From: Vicinamibacteria bacterium
GTDB taxonomy: Bacteria > Acidobacteriota > Vicinamibacteria > Marinacidobacterales > Marinacidobacteraceae
Assembly: GCA_965215615.1 (NCBI GenBank)
Contig: OZ244068.1
Location: 2,558,504 to 2,622,503, forward strand
Direction of reading: 5' to 3'
DNA length: 64,000 bases
Below are positions 7,658 to 16,886 of the stretch, one piece after another. Position numbers and translations under genes: made by a program. The stretch's first letter is position 1. The number at the start of each line of letters is the position of its first letter. The notes under the pieces were generated by a model. It searched no databases, was not told where the DNA came from, and saw only the letters and a list, made by a program, of their open reading frames with translations.

Positions 7658-8791
7658 TCACCGTATGGAGGAGGCAGTCTGATTCGCCATCCGGGAGAAG
7701 TAGTCGGCGTGGCCCGCGAGGATCCGTTCCTCGGCCTCGCGGTTCGGTTCGAGGGACCATTCGCCGGGTTCGCGGGTTCCGCCGAGGAGGATTCCGTCGG
7801 CGCGGGGCATCATGTAGAGGCCTCCCATCAGGGCGATGTATCGCACCTCCGGCTGGGGCAGCAGCACGGTGAGCTGGCCCTTCAGCGGAACGAGCTCCTC
7901 GTCGCCCACCAGATCGCGGGCCCCGATTCCGGTGCAGTTCACGACATGGCGTTCGGCGAGCGAGGCGACCTCGTCGAGAGACCGGAAGTCACGGATGCGG
8001 ATCCGGCCGCCGGCAAGCTGGAAATCCCGCATCACCGCGCCAAGATAGACCGGGGGCTCGATCATCATCGTCGTGTACTGGCGGGCGAACCGGGACGGAA
8101 AGGGATGGGTTCCCGGGGCCAATTCGCGGGAATCGGGGAAGAGGTCGGCCAGCGGATCGGGGCGGGTGCTGCCGCCGAAAGCGACTTCGCTCAGCGCGTA
8201 GTTCGGTAACCAGTACACCCCGTAGCGGCTTCCCACCATGTCCTGGAACATGCGCTGGGAGATGCGGGCCGCCCGCTCGAAGCGGGCTTCGAAGGCGGCG
8301 GTATGGACCCGGGCATCGGAGACCGAATAGGGTCCCCACTGGGCACAGGCCACGTTCGAGGTGGTGCGGGGCGGCAGGTCTTTCGCGTGGATGGTGACCG
8401 CCACGCCGCGATCCTGAAGAAGACGGGCGGTCGCGAGTCCCACCGCGCCGCAGCCGATGACGGCAGCGCGGGCGGGGAGCGGGCCGTCCCGGAGCAACTC
8501 CTCCACCGCGAGAAAGGCGCTGCCCCAGGACAGACTGACTCCCCCTCCTCCGTGGCCATAGTTGTGGACCAGCAGGCGGCCGCCGCCCAGATCTTCGCGC
8601 TCCACCCGGAAGCCGGATGGACGATACGGGCGGAGCCCCGCCACCGTGCGGATGACCCGATCCGGGGAAACCCGAACCGGGGGAAGACGGAAGTCCGGAG
8701 CGGGTCGGGTCGCGGGGGCCGGCCTCCCGGCGCAGGCGGCGACGAGTCCGGGAAACGCGGCGAGCGCGCCGCGGCGAGAGATCGGAGGCAT
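7658..8791 (-). CDS. FAD-dependent oxidoreductase, D-amino-acid oxidase (DAO) family, Tat-signal
   Basis: 377 aa with an N-terminal RRGALAAF twin-arginine motif, a GXGXXG-type dinucleotide-binding region (VIGCGAVGLATA) and a DAO-like C-terminal region. Confidence 0.65.
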   Translation of the reverse strand: MPPISRRGALAAFPGLVAACAGRPAPATRPAPDFRLPPVRVSPDRVIRTVAGLRPYRPSGFRVEREDLGGGRLLVHNYGHGGGGVSLSWGSAFLAVEELLRDGPLPARAAVIGCGAVGLATARLLQDRGVAVTIHAKDLPPRTTSNVACAQWGPYSVSDARVHTAAFEARFERAARISQRMFQDMVGSRYGVYWLPNYALSEVAFGGSTRPDPLADLFPDSRELAPGTHPFPSRFARQYTTMMIEPPVYLGAVMRDFQLAGGRIRIRDFRSLDEVASLAERHVVNCTGIGARDLVGDEELVPLKGQLTVLLPQPEVRYIALMGGLYMMPRADGILLGGTREPGEWSLEPNREAEERILAGHADYFSRMANQTASSIR

Positions 8792-8842
8792 CGGCGTGGG
8801 TTCCCTATACTAGGTGCCTTCCCTTTCGAGGAGGTTCACGGC

Positions 8843-9568
8843 ATGGATCGCAGATTGTTCCTGAAGGCAAGCGCCGCGGTGAGTGCCGCCGGTGTCGTCG
8901 GCGTGAACGATCGGGCGGAAGCGCTCGAACACGAGATGATGCGGCTTCTCGAAGCGCCGGAGCGGCCCCCGCTCGCGAAGGCGGAAGGCGAGGACGCGCT
9001 CTCCGTCATGCCAGAGCGGCCGACGCTCGTGGATTTCTTCGAGCACCGTTTCGCCCCGGCTTCCCACGTGCTCCAAAGCGCCACCCGCGCCCGGAAGTTC
9101 GGCATGAGCGAAGAGATCATCCTCGCCTGCCTGCTCCACGACATCTCGGTCACCAATCTGGTGCGGGCCGACCACGGCTGGTGGTGCGCGCAGATGATCG
9201 AGCCCTACGTCTCCGAGAAAGTGGCGTGGGCGATCCGCTACCACCAGGCGCTGCGGTTCTTCCCGGACCCTTCGGTGGGCTACGAGTATCCGGAGATGTA
9301 CGCGCGGATGTTCGGGGCCGACTACGAGCCGGAGCCGTACCTCAAGGCGGCCCACGAATACGCGAGGAACCACAAGTGGTACATGGAGGCGCGTTCCATC
9401 ACGCTCCACGATGACTACAGCTTCGAGCGGGATGTCGAGGTCTCGATCGATCCGTTCGTGGACATCATCGGCCGACACTTCAAGCAGCCAAGGGAAGGGC
9501 TCGGTTACGACAACAGCCCGACCGCGCACATGTGGCGGACGATGATCAACCCGCGTCGCCGTCTGTGA
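8843..9568 (+). CDS. HD-domain metal-dependent phosphohydrolase/oxygenase-like protein with Tat signal
   Basis: Starts MDRRLFLKASAAVSAAG (Tat motif). Carries H…LLHDI…H…H…D residues of the HD superfamily. The longer ORF-track frame from 8303 overlaps the divergent DAO gene and is rejected. Confidence 0.5.
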   Translation: MDRRLFLKASAAVSAAGVVGVNDRAEALEHEMMRLLEAPERPPLAKAEGEDALSVMPERPTLVDFFEHRFAPASHVLQSATRARKFGMSEEIILACLLHDISVTNLVRADHGWWCAQMIEPYVSEKVAWAIRYHQALRFFPDPSVGYEYPEMYARMFGADYEPEPYLKAAHEYARNHKWYMEARSITLHDDYSFERDVEVSIDPFVDIIGRHFKQPREGLGYDNSPTAHMWRTMINPRRRL

Positions 9569-9570
9569 AG

Positions 9571-10041
9571 ATGAGCCGGTATCGAACTGCCGGCTGCCTC
9601 GTCCTCGGGGTTCTTCTCGCCGGCTGCTCCGCCCGCACTCCGTCCAAGCCGCTTCGGGTGTATGTATATGCGGCTCCGGTCGAGGAGGAAGCGGAAGCGG
9701 CCCGGCTCCACGAGGCACTCGCCACCGTGCGCGAGGCAGTGGACGGGCGCGACCGCTGGTTCCGGTTGGTGGATACCGGCAACGGGTTCGATGTGGGCCT
9801 CCGCCTCATCCGGTACGACATCGACCGCGCGCGGCCGGGCCTCTACGCCGGGGCCATCGAGACGGAGCGCATCCACGCGGTCGAGGGAGTCGCGATCATC
9901 GCCGAGCAGACGGAGCGGTTGACCGGCTTCGACACCCGCGAGGTGGGGTTTTCGCACCTCCAGTTCGCTGCCGGCGACCTCGTCGAAAAGCTGGAGCGCT
10001 ACTGCCGCGAGAACGAGGGCCTGCTCGCCAGGGCCAGGTAA
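9571..10041 (+). CDS. Hypothetical lipoprotein
   Basis: Signal peptide plus lipobox MSRYRTAGCLVLGVLLAGCS. No recognisable domain. Confidence 0.45.
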   Translation: MSRYRTAGCLVLGVLLAGCSARTPSKPLRVYVYAAPVEEEAEAARLHEALATVREAVDGRDRWFRLVDTGNGFDVGLRLIRYDIDRARPGLYAGAIETERIHAVEGVAIIAEQTERLTGFDTREVGFSHLQFAAGDLVEKLERYCRENEGLLARAR

Positions 10042-10269
10042 GGGGAGCGTTACTCGTCCATCAAGTCCAGCAAACCGGCGGTATCGTCGAGATCCACGCC
10101 GGGCTGAAGACCCCGGCCACGGGTGTTGAGCCGCCTCGGTGCCATGGAGCGACGGAGACGGGCCATCCGCTCCCGTGGGGCATCCTCGATCAACGCCTCC
10201 AGGCTGATTCCGAGACTCGCGGCCTCGTCCAGCCGAACCGTAAGCCGCATGGCATCAGCATGGAAGGCA

Positions 10270-11583
10270 TCAGTGCGAGCGGCGGCGCTCCAGCGCCAGA
10301 TAGAGCAGGACCCCTGCCCCGGCGGTGAGGAGCCCGAGGGTGGATTCGACCGGACGCTCCAGGAGCGTGTAGCCGAGAGTCCAGCCGCTCGCCGCGAGGA
10401 AGAACAGCGGAACCCAAGGATAGAGCGGCGTCCGGAAGCGGCCGGGGATCGCGCCTTCCACCCGGTTTCGGCGCAGGACGAACACTCCGGCCACGGTGGC
10501 GGCGGTACAGAGCCCGAGCACGAACCCGGCGTAGAGCAGGATCTGCTCGAAGGTTCCGGAGTAGATCAGGACGAGAGTGAGGCCGGACTGGAGAAAAAGA
10601 GCCCGGTGCGGGACACCGTTCCGGCCCGTTTCGCCGAGCGAGCGGAGGAGCGGCTGGTCTTCTCCCATCGCCCGCACCACCCGCGGGCCGAGGAAGACCA
10701 TCGCGCTTACCGTGGAGGCGAGCACCAGCGCCAGCACCCCGGACATCGCCCGTCCGGCGGCGGGGCCGAGGATCCGCTCGGCGGCGAGATAACCGACTTC
10801 GATCCTTCCGGCGAGTTCTTCGATGGGGACCGCCCGCAGGATGACGAGATTCACCAGCAGATAGAGGACGGTGACCAGCAGGGTTCCCCCGACGAGCGCT
10901 CGCGCGAGGCGTTCCGGACGCTTCAGATCCCCGACGATATAGACGGCGGCGTTCCAGCCGGTGTACGCGTAGGACACATAGACGAGGGACACCGCGAAGC
11001 CGGGAGTGAGGAGCAGCGCGGCATCGCCCGGCAGCGGAGCGACGCTCCGGGCGGCCCCCGAAGCCAGCACTCCCAGAAAGCAGAAGGCCGCGACCAGGAC
11101 GATCTTGATCGCGGTGAGCAGGTTGTTCAGGCCGCTGCCGAAACGGACCGGGAAGGAGTGGGCGACCGTGAAGAGGAGGACCGAGCCGGCGGCGAAGTGG
11201 ACGGCCGGAAGTCCGGGGAAAACCGGCTGGAGATAGGTGGCCATCGCCATCGCGGCGAGTGCGGTGGGCGCGGCGAAGCCCATCGTCGAGGAGAGGCAGC
11301 CGGCCGCGAAACCGGCGGCCGGGTGGAAGGTTCGGCGGAGCAGGGCGTATTCGCCGCCGGAGCGGGGAAGCGCAGCCCCGAGTTCGCCGTAAACGAGCGC
11401 CCCGGAAAGGGCCACCAGACCGCCCACCACCCACAGCAGGAGCGCCGGGAAGGCGGAGGGAACGGCGGCCACCTGGAAGCCGAGGCTCGTGAATACCCCG
11501 GTCCCGATCATGTTCGCCACCACGAACATGGCGGCGGTCCAGATGGAAAGGCCGGAGCGCCCGCCCCCACCTCCTCCGGTCAC
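10270..11583 (-). CDS. APC-family amino acid permease
   Basis: 437 aa with about 12 predicted TM helices. The N-terminal ...NMIGTGVFTSLG... signature is typical of amino-acid/polyamine/organocation transporters. Confidence 0.8.
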   Translation of the reverse strand: MTGGGGGGRSGLSIWTAAMFVVANMIGTGVFTSLGFQVAAVPSAFPALLLWVVGGLVALSGALVYGELGAALPRSGGEYALLRRTFHPAAGFAAGCLSSTMGFAAPTALAAMAMATYLQPVFPGLPAVHFAAGSVLLFTVAHSFPVRFGSGLNNLLTAIKIVLVAAFCFLGVLASGAARSVAPLPGDAALLLTPGFAVSLVYVSYAYTGWNAAVYIVGDLKRPERLARALVGGTLLVTVLYLLVNLVILRAVPIEELAGRIEVGYLAAERILGPAAGRAMSGVLALVLASTVSAMVFLGPRVVRAMGEDQPLLRSLGETGRNGVPHRALFLQSGLTLVLIYSGTFEQILLYAGFVLGLCTAATVAGVFVLRRNRVEGAIPGRFRTPLYPWVPLFFLAASGWTLGYTLLERPVESTLGLLTAGAGVLLYLALERRRSH

Positions 11584-11596
11584 GGTTTCGCGGAGC

Positions 11597-12070
11597 TCAG
11601 CGCGCCGCGATCATGTCGATTTCGAGCAGCGCTCCGAGCGGGATGTCCCTGACCGCCACCGTGGTCCGCGCCGGCGGGATCGCGCCTTCCGGAAAGTAGG
11701 TGGCATAGACCTCGTTCATCGCCGCGAAATCGTTCACGTCCACGAGGAAGACTCCGGCCCGCACCACGTCCTCGAAGCCGAGCCCGGCCTCCGCCAGCAG
11801 CGCCCCGAGGTTCTGCATGACCTGGTGGGTCTGCTCGGTGATTCCGCCCGGAACGAGCCCCTCCCCCTCGTGGTCGAGGGCGATCTGGCCGGCGAGGAAG
11901 ACGAAGCCACCCACATCCACGCCCGCCGAATAGGGGCCGACCGGAGGGATGCGGCCGCTGAGGCGGGTCTTTTCCGGCCCCTGGGCGATGACCACTTCCT
12001 CGGGTTCCGGGGGAGGCGCGCCGCAGGAGAGGAGAGCGGCGAACGGGAGGAAAAGCAGACCTTTGCGCAT
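11597..12070 (-). CDS. ridA: RidA/YjgF-family reactive-intermediate deaminase, lipoprotein signal
   Basis: 157 aa. The YjgF fold signature (…GPYSAGV…FLAGQIA…RTTV…) follows an N-terminal LLSCG lipobox. Confidence 0.75.
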   Translation of the reverse strand: MRKGLLFLPFAALLSCGAPPPEPEEVVIAQGPEKTRLSGRIPPVGPYSAGVDVGGFVFLAGQIALDHEGEGLVPGGITEQTHQVMQNLGALLAEAGLGFEDVVRAGVFLVDVNDFAAMNEVYATYFPEGAIPPARTTVAVRDIPLGALLEIDMIAAR

Positions 12071-12602
12071 GGCGGGATACTACCGGGTCATGTGGACCCA
12101 ACCCGGCACCGACGAGTGCGCTCCCTACTATCTGGACATGATCCGGCTCGTTCCCGACGGGCCGCTTCCGGACCTCGCGCTCGCCGAGATGGACGCGCTG
12201 TCGGCACTCCTCGCCGGAATCGCCGAAGAGGATTCCCGCCGTGGCTACGCGCCGGGCAAGTGGTCCATCCGCGAAGTCGTGGGACACGTCGCCGACACCG
12301 AACGGGTGATGGCGTTCCGGGCGCTCGCGTTCGCTCGCGGGGACCGGTCCCCCCTTCCCTCGATGGAGCAGGACGACTACGCCCGCATCGCCCGTCACGG
12401 CGAACGCCCGCTCGCGTCGCTGGTCGAAGAGCTTCGGGCCGTGCGGAGCGCGACCGTGAGCCTCATGCGCCCGCTCCGCCCGGAGGAGCTCGATCACAAC
12501 GGGGAGGCGAGCGGCTCCCGCTTCACGGTGCGGGCGCTTTGCTACATGACGGTGGGGCACGCCATCCACCACCGGCGCGAGCTCGAAACCCGGTATCTGT
12601 GA
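12069..12602 (+). CDS. DinB/YfiT-like (DinB_2) metal-dependent protein
   Basis: Starts MAGYYRVMWTQ. Carries the conserved His triad region (…VVGHVADTER…MTVGHAIHHRREL…). Its start codon overlaps the divergent ridA start (CATG). Confidence 0.65.
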   Translation: MAGYYRVMWTQPGTDECAPYYLDMIRLVPDGPLPDLALAEMDALSALLAGIAEEDSRRGYAPGKWSIREVVGHVADTERVMAFRALAFARGDRSPLPSMEQDDYARIARHGERPLASLVEELRAVRSATVSLMRPLRPEELDHNGEASGSRFTVRALCYMTVGHAIHHRRELETRYL

Positions 12603-14369
12603 GTGCAATACTCCGGTGCGATACGGTCCTTCAACACGACGGGCCCGGTCGAGCCGGGGGAGCACTACTGCATCTCGCCGCTGGATCGGCTGGAGCTGGA
12701 AGAGGTTCTCGGGCTGATTCGTGGCGAGAAGTACTTCGTCCTCCACGCGCCGCGACAGACCGGAAAGACTTCCACGCTGCTCGCGCTCCGCGACCTGCTG
12801 AACTCGGGTTCCGTCGGGGATTTCCGCTGCGTGTACGCGAGCCTCGAAGCTGGTCGGAACGGGGACGTGGAGCGGGCGATGCGGAGTGTCCTCGGCGAGA
12901 TCGGGGTACGGGCGGAAGACACCCTGGGCGACGAGCTGGTAGAGCGTTCCTGGCCGGAAACCCTGGCTACTGCGGGTCCGGATCGTGCGCTGCGGGCGGT
13001 CCTGGGGCGCTGGGCGGCAGCCGCTCCGAGTCCCCTTGTGCTCTTCCTGGACGAAGTGGACACCCTCACGGGGAACGCGCTCCTTTCGCTGTTAACAGGC
13101 TGTGGAAAAACTAACGCGGCATTCGACGAGCGATGCATCCCGTCTGAACGCTCGCCTAGAGGCTCGCTCTTCGTTGCGTTTCGGTCGAAATAGCGCTGCT
13201 ATGGCTCCCTCACGCGCCTTGTCAGACGGGCGCTTCACCCGTCTCGGTGCTCACGCCAGTTTCTCCACAGCCTGTTAAGCCAGTTGCGGCTCGGTTACGA
13301 GCAGCGCCCGAAACGCTTCCCGCAGTCCGTGGTCCTGTGCGGTCTTCGCGATGTGCGGGATTACCGGGCACCCGGAGTGGCGGGAAGCCCGTTCAACATC
13401 AAGGCGGAGTCGTTGCGGCTCGGCGACTTCGACGAAGCGGAAGTCCGGGAGCTGCTCGGCCAGCACACGGCGGAGACCGGCCAGCGCTTCGACGAAGAAG
13501 CGCTGGAACTGGTGTGGAGCCATACCCAGGGCCAGCCGTGGCTCGTGAACGCCTTGGCCCATGACGCCTGCTTCCGGCACAAGCCGGGGCGGGACCGCTC
13601 GCGGACGATCACCGCAGCCGACATCCGGGATGCCCGCGAGCGGCTGATCCGGCGGCGGGAGACGCACCTCGGGCAGTTGGCGGTGAAGCTCCGCGAGGGC
13701 CGGGTGCGCCGGGTGATTGAGCCGATCCTGAGCGGGACGGCGGGATACGACGCGACGAGCCAGGACATCGAATACACGCGGGATCTGGGGCTCATCGCCC
13801 GGGACGCGCCGATCCGGATCGCCAACCCGATCTACGCGGAAGTGATCCCCCGGGAACTCACGAACGCGATGGAAGAGGGGCTGACGGAGGACACGGCGTG
13901 GTATGCGGACCCGGATGGTGGGTTGCTGCTGGAGAAGCTGATGGGGGCGTTTCAGGAGTTCTTCCGGGAGCACAGCGAGCACTGGGCGGGGCGGTTCGAC
14001 TACGCGGAAGCGGGTCCGCAGTTGATCCTTCAGGGGTTCGTGCATCGGATCGTGAACGGTGGCGGCCGATTGGAGCGGGAGTACGGGATCGGGCGGGGGC
14101 GGATGGACCTTTTGATCGCGTGGCCGCGGGGCAAGGAGGAGGACCAGTTCGTCGTGGAATGCAAGATGGCGGACAAGAGAGCGCACAGGGGAAAGGACCA
14201 CGCGATCGCGGAGGGATTGCGCCAGACGGCGGGCTATCTCGAGCGGCTGGGTTCCCGGATCGGGCACCTGGTGGTCTTCGACCGGGATCCGGAGAAGTCG
14301 TGGGAAGAGAAGATCTACCGGTGCGACGAGGATTACGAGGGGAAGACGATCACCGTCTGGGGGATGTGA
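12603..14369 (+). pseudogene. AAA-ATPase-like (archaeal-ATPase type) protein with C-terminal PD-(D/E)XK nuclease domain, interrupted by a MITE insertion
   Basis: The N-terminal part has Walker A (HAPRQTGKTS) and Walker B (LFLDEVD). The reading frame is broken by the 13092..13278 element. The C-terminal part resumes in the same frame (…FPQSVVLCGLRDVRDY… ; GRMDLLIAWP…FVVECK PD-(D/E)XK motif). Removing 183 bp restores one 590-aa ORF. Confidence 0.75.
13092..13278. mobile_element. MITE-like element, copy 2 (187 bp with TTAA flanks), inserted in the AAA-ATPase gene
   Basis: Same termini (ttaaCAGGCTGTGG…CCACAGCCTGttaa) and ~95% identical core to 6157..6343. Confidence 0.75.
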
Positions 14370-15576
14370 GGGCCGTCCGGGGAATCCGGATCGCGGCCAC
14401 GAGCGAGACCGCGCCCACCGCGGCGCAGGCGAGGGCGAGCGTCACGTAGTCGAAGCGGATGATGAGCGCCCCGGCGGCGATGCTCGCCGCTCCGGCGGAA
14501 GTCCAGTTCCAGGTTTCGGCGACTGCCTGGCGGCGGATCTTCCGCTGCGGATCCTTTCCTTCGGAGAGCAGCGCGCTCGAAGCCACGAAGGCGAGGCACC
14601 ATCCGAGCCCGAGCAGGTAGAGGGCCGCACCGAGCAGCCAGCCGATTTCGGGCGCGGAAGCGGCGACGAGGCCGGAGGCGAGCAGCAGGAAACCGCCCGC
14701 GGCGATCACCGGGCGCTCGGTGAAGCGGTCGCAGAGCATCCCGACCAGCGGAGACAGCAGGAACATGCCGAGCGTGTGAGCACCCATGACCGCGCCGAGC
14801 CCGGAGAGCGAGCCGCCGGTATCCACCACGTGCAGCGGGGTCATGCTCATCAGCAGCACCATCGAGGCCTGGGCCGCAACCAGCGCCAGGATCGCGAGCC
14901 GGTAGCGCGACCGGTTCGCTTCCGGGGCAAAGCGGACGACGGAGGTTTGCGGGCGGGCGCGGCGGAGCGAACGCTGCGCCTTGAGCGCGCGGCTTCGGAA
15001 CAGGAGCAGGCTGGCGCTTCCGAAGAGCAGCCCGGCGAGCAGGTAGGCGAGCGGAATCGCGTCCGGATTCCCGGGGCCGATCGCCAGCTCGATGCCACCG
15101 AAGATCGCCGGCGCACCGAAACTGCCCGCAACCGCCACCCAGACCACGAGGCCGATGGCGCGGCCGCTTCGGTGGGGCGGGACCAGCGCGGCGGCCGCAT
15201 AGCGGGTGAGGTGGTACGCGGCGTGACCGCATCCGACCATCAGAGTGGCGATCAGATACAGGAGGAACGCATCGCCCCGGAAAGCGGCGAAACCGGAGGC
15301 GAGCGCTCCGACGGCGGCGAAGGCGAACCCGCAGGCGAGGGTGTCCGGCCGACCGATTCGCGGGATCCACAGCGACAAAAGCGGCGCGCCGGCAGCGACT
15401 CCGAAGATCAGGAGCGCGCCCGGGCCGCCGATCCAGAGCGAATCGGCCAGGTACCAGGCGGAGACGATCGGGATCGAGATGATGATGAGCAGGTAGGCGG
15501 TCGCGCCCATCGCTGCCGCGCCGAGCAGCGTGAGGAAGGCGCGCGCCGGGCGCAGCGAAGGTTCCAATCCGGTCAA
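14350..15576 (-). CDS. MFS transporter
   Basis: 408 aa with about 12 TM helices and typical MFS loop motifs (…GRIGRPDTL…). Confidence 0.75.
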   Translation of the reverse strand: MTGLEPSLRPARAFLTLLGAAAMGATAYLLIIISIPIVSAWYLADSLWIGGPGALLIFGVAAGAPLLSLWIPRIGRPDTLACGFAFAAVGALASGFAAFRGDAFLLYLIATLMVGCGHAAYHLTRYAAAALVPPHRSGRAIGLVVWVAVAGSFGAPAIFGGIELAIGPGNPDAIPLAYLLAGLLFGSASLLLFRSRALKAQRSLRRARPQTSVVRFAPEANRSRYRLAILALVAAQASMVLLMSMTPLHVVDTGGSLSGLGAVMGAHTLGMFLLSPLVGMLCDRFTERPVIAAGGFLLLASGLVAASAPEIGWLLGAALYLLGLGWCLAFVASSALLSEGKDPQRKIRRQAVAETWNWTSAGAASIAAGALIIRFDYVTLALACAAVGAVSLVAAIRIPRTALTSPRR

Positions 15577-16631
15577 TTCCGGAGGCGGTCGTCGAGATCG
15601 GTGAGAGCCTTTCGTGCCGCCGGCGCAAGGCTCGCTCCGCTGCCGAGCTCCTCGATTTCGCTCGCCGGGAGGCCGAGCCCGGCGGCCTGGGCCCGGATCT
15701 CGTCGAGAGCGTCGTCATCCGGCCCGATCCGCCACGCCCCTTCCACGATGCGGAGTTCGTGGAGATCCGACGCGCTGTCGGACTGGATCCGGTCCCGGTA
15801 GGAGAGCACCTCCGGAAGCACCAGATCGTCGAGCGAGCCCACGACTTCGATAACCGGACGGAAGAGCGTCGTCGAAGGGGCGGGCGACAAGGGCACCGGG
15901 AACCCGGCGACCGCGTCGTGCCAGGACCAGAAGCGGCGGCCCTCCGGCCCCATGCTGACCGCGCGAAGGTACCCGGATGCATCGCGATCCCCGGCCTCGG
16001 TGCGGGCAGTGCGCCGCCGGGCCGCCGCCTCCGGGTCGCCGAGATCCGCCGACAACAGAACGACTCCGTCGAAGGTCTCGTCTTCGGCGGCCGCCGCGTA
16101 GCGTGCGAGCCCTCCTCCCTCGGCATAGCCGAAGAGCAGGGTGCGGTCGGGGTCACGGGTTAGCCGGGGAAAGATCTGATCGAACATCAGACGCGCGAAC
16201 GCTTCGGTGAGCCGGTAGGCATCCGGGCTTGCTCCGAGCCCGGCGCGGTCCACACTGGCCCAGGCGAAACCCTGGTCGAGCGCCCACCAGCCGATCAGGT
16301 CATCCAGCTCGGTCTCCCCGGTTCCGAGGTCCGCGCCGCCTTCGCCGCGACGGATGCCGCCGAGGCCGCGATGCGCCCCGATGACCAGCGTGCCATTCCA
16401 GTCCGGTGGACGCAGGGGATGGCGGAGCACGAAGCGACGCGGCGGCTCGCCGGGCGGCAACCCACGTCCCGGAGGCACGGAAGCGATGATCCCCTGGGTC
16501 ACGAGCGCGTCGCCGTACGCCCTGCCGGGGATCAGGGTCTCCCGGCCGCCGTGGATGTAGAGGTGGAGCCGGGCATCGCAGGCGACGAGGGCCAGCAACA
16601 GGAACGGGAAGAGGGAGCGGGCGCGGCGCAT
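15573..16631 (-). CDS. Secreted hypothetical protein, possible alpha/beta-hydrolase fold, lipoprotein signal
   Basis: Signal peptide with LLALVACD lipobox. Weak hydrolase-like features (…HGG…, …GYAEGGG…). Start overlaps the MFS gene stop by 4 nt. Confidence 0.4.
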   Translation of the reverse strand: MRRARSLFPFLLLALVACDARLHLYIHGGRETLIPGRAYGDALVTQGIIASVPPGRGLPPGEPPRRFVLRHPLRPPDWNGTLVIGAHRGLGGIRRGEGGADLGTGETELDDLIGWWALDQGFAWASVDRAGLGASPDAYRLTEAFARLMFDQIFPRLTRDPDRTLLFGYAEGGGLARYAAAAEDETFDGVVLLSADLGDPEAAARRRTARTEAGDRDASGYLRAVSMGPEGRRFWSWHDAVAGFPVPLSPAPSTTLFRPVIEVVGSLDDLVLPEVLSYRDRIQSDSASDLHELRIVEGAWRIGPDDDALDEIRAQAAGLGLPASEIEELGSGASLAPAARKALTDLDDRLRN

Positions 16632-16886
16632 GAAAAAGTCCCGGAGTTCCTTCGAGACCGGATCAGCCTCATGACGGCTCGCACCGCCGTTTTCTGGTCG
16701 GAACCCCGGGAACTGGTCCGAAAGACCGGATTCCGAAAGGCCCGGAACCTTTTTCAGGCCCTCTAGCCAGTCGGAACCCGGCCGGAAAAATCGTCCGGCG
16801 GTGCTGTCATTTCCGACCTCCCTGTCCGAATTGAAGTCCGAATCGAAGTGCGTGAGGCATGGTTGTATCCGGTGGATCGCCCCGTG

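Noticed and set aside
10050-10250. 66-aa minus-strand ORF (MRLTVRLDEAASLGISLEALIEDA…) that faintly resembles a ribbon-helix-helix protein
   Set aside because: It lacks the conserved RHH beta-strand residues, has no partner toxin, and is partly overlapped by the alternative permease start region. Left unannotated.
10123-11652. 509-aa plus-strand ORF rich in R/G/E overlapping the APC permease
   Set aside because: Antisense shadow ORF with a low-complexity product. The minus-strand permease has clear TM topology and family motifs.
14333-16156. 607-aa minus-strand ORF spanning the MFS and hydrolase genes in another frame
   Set aside because: Arg/Pro-rich low-complexity translation typical of an off-frame high-GC ORF. 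The in-frame genes have real domain features.
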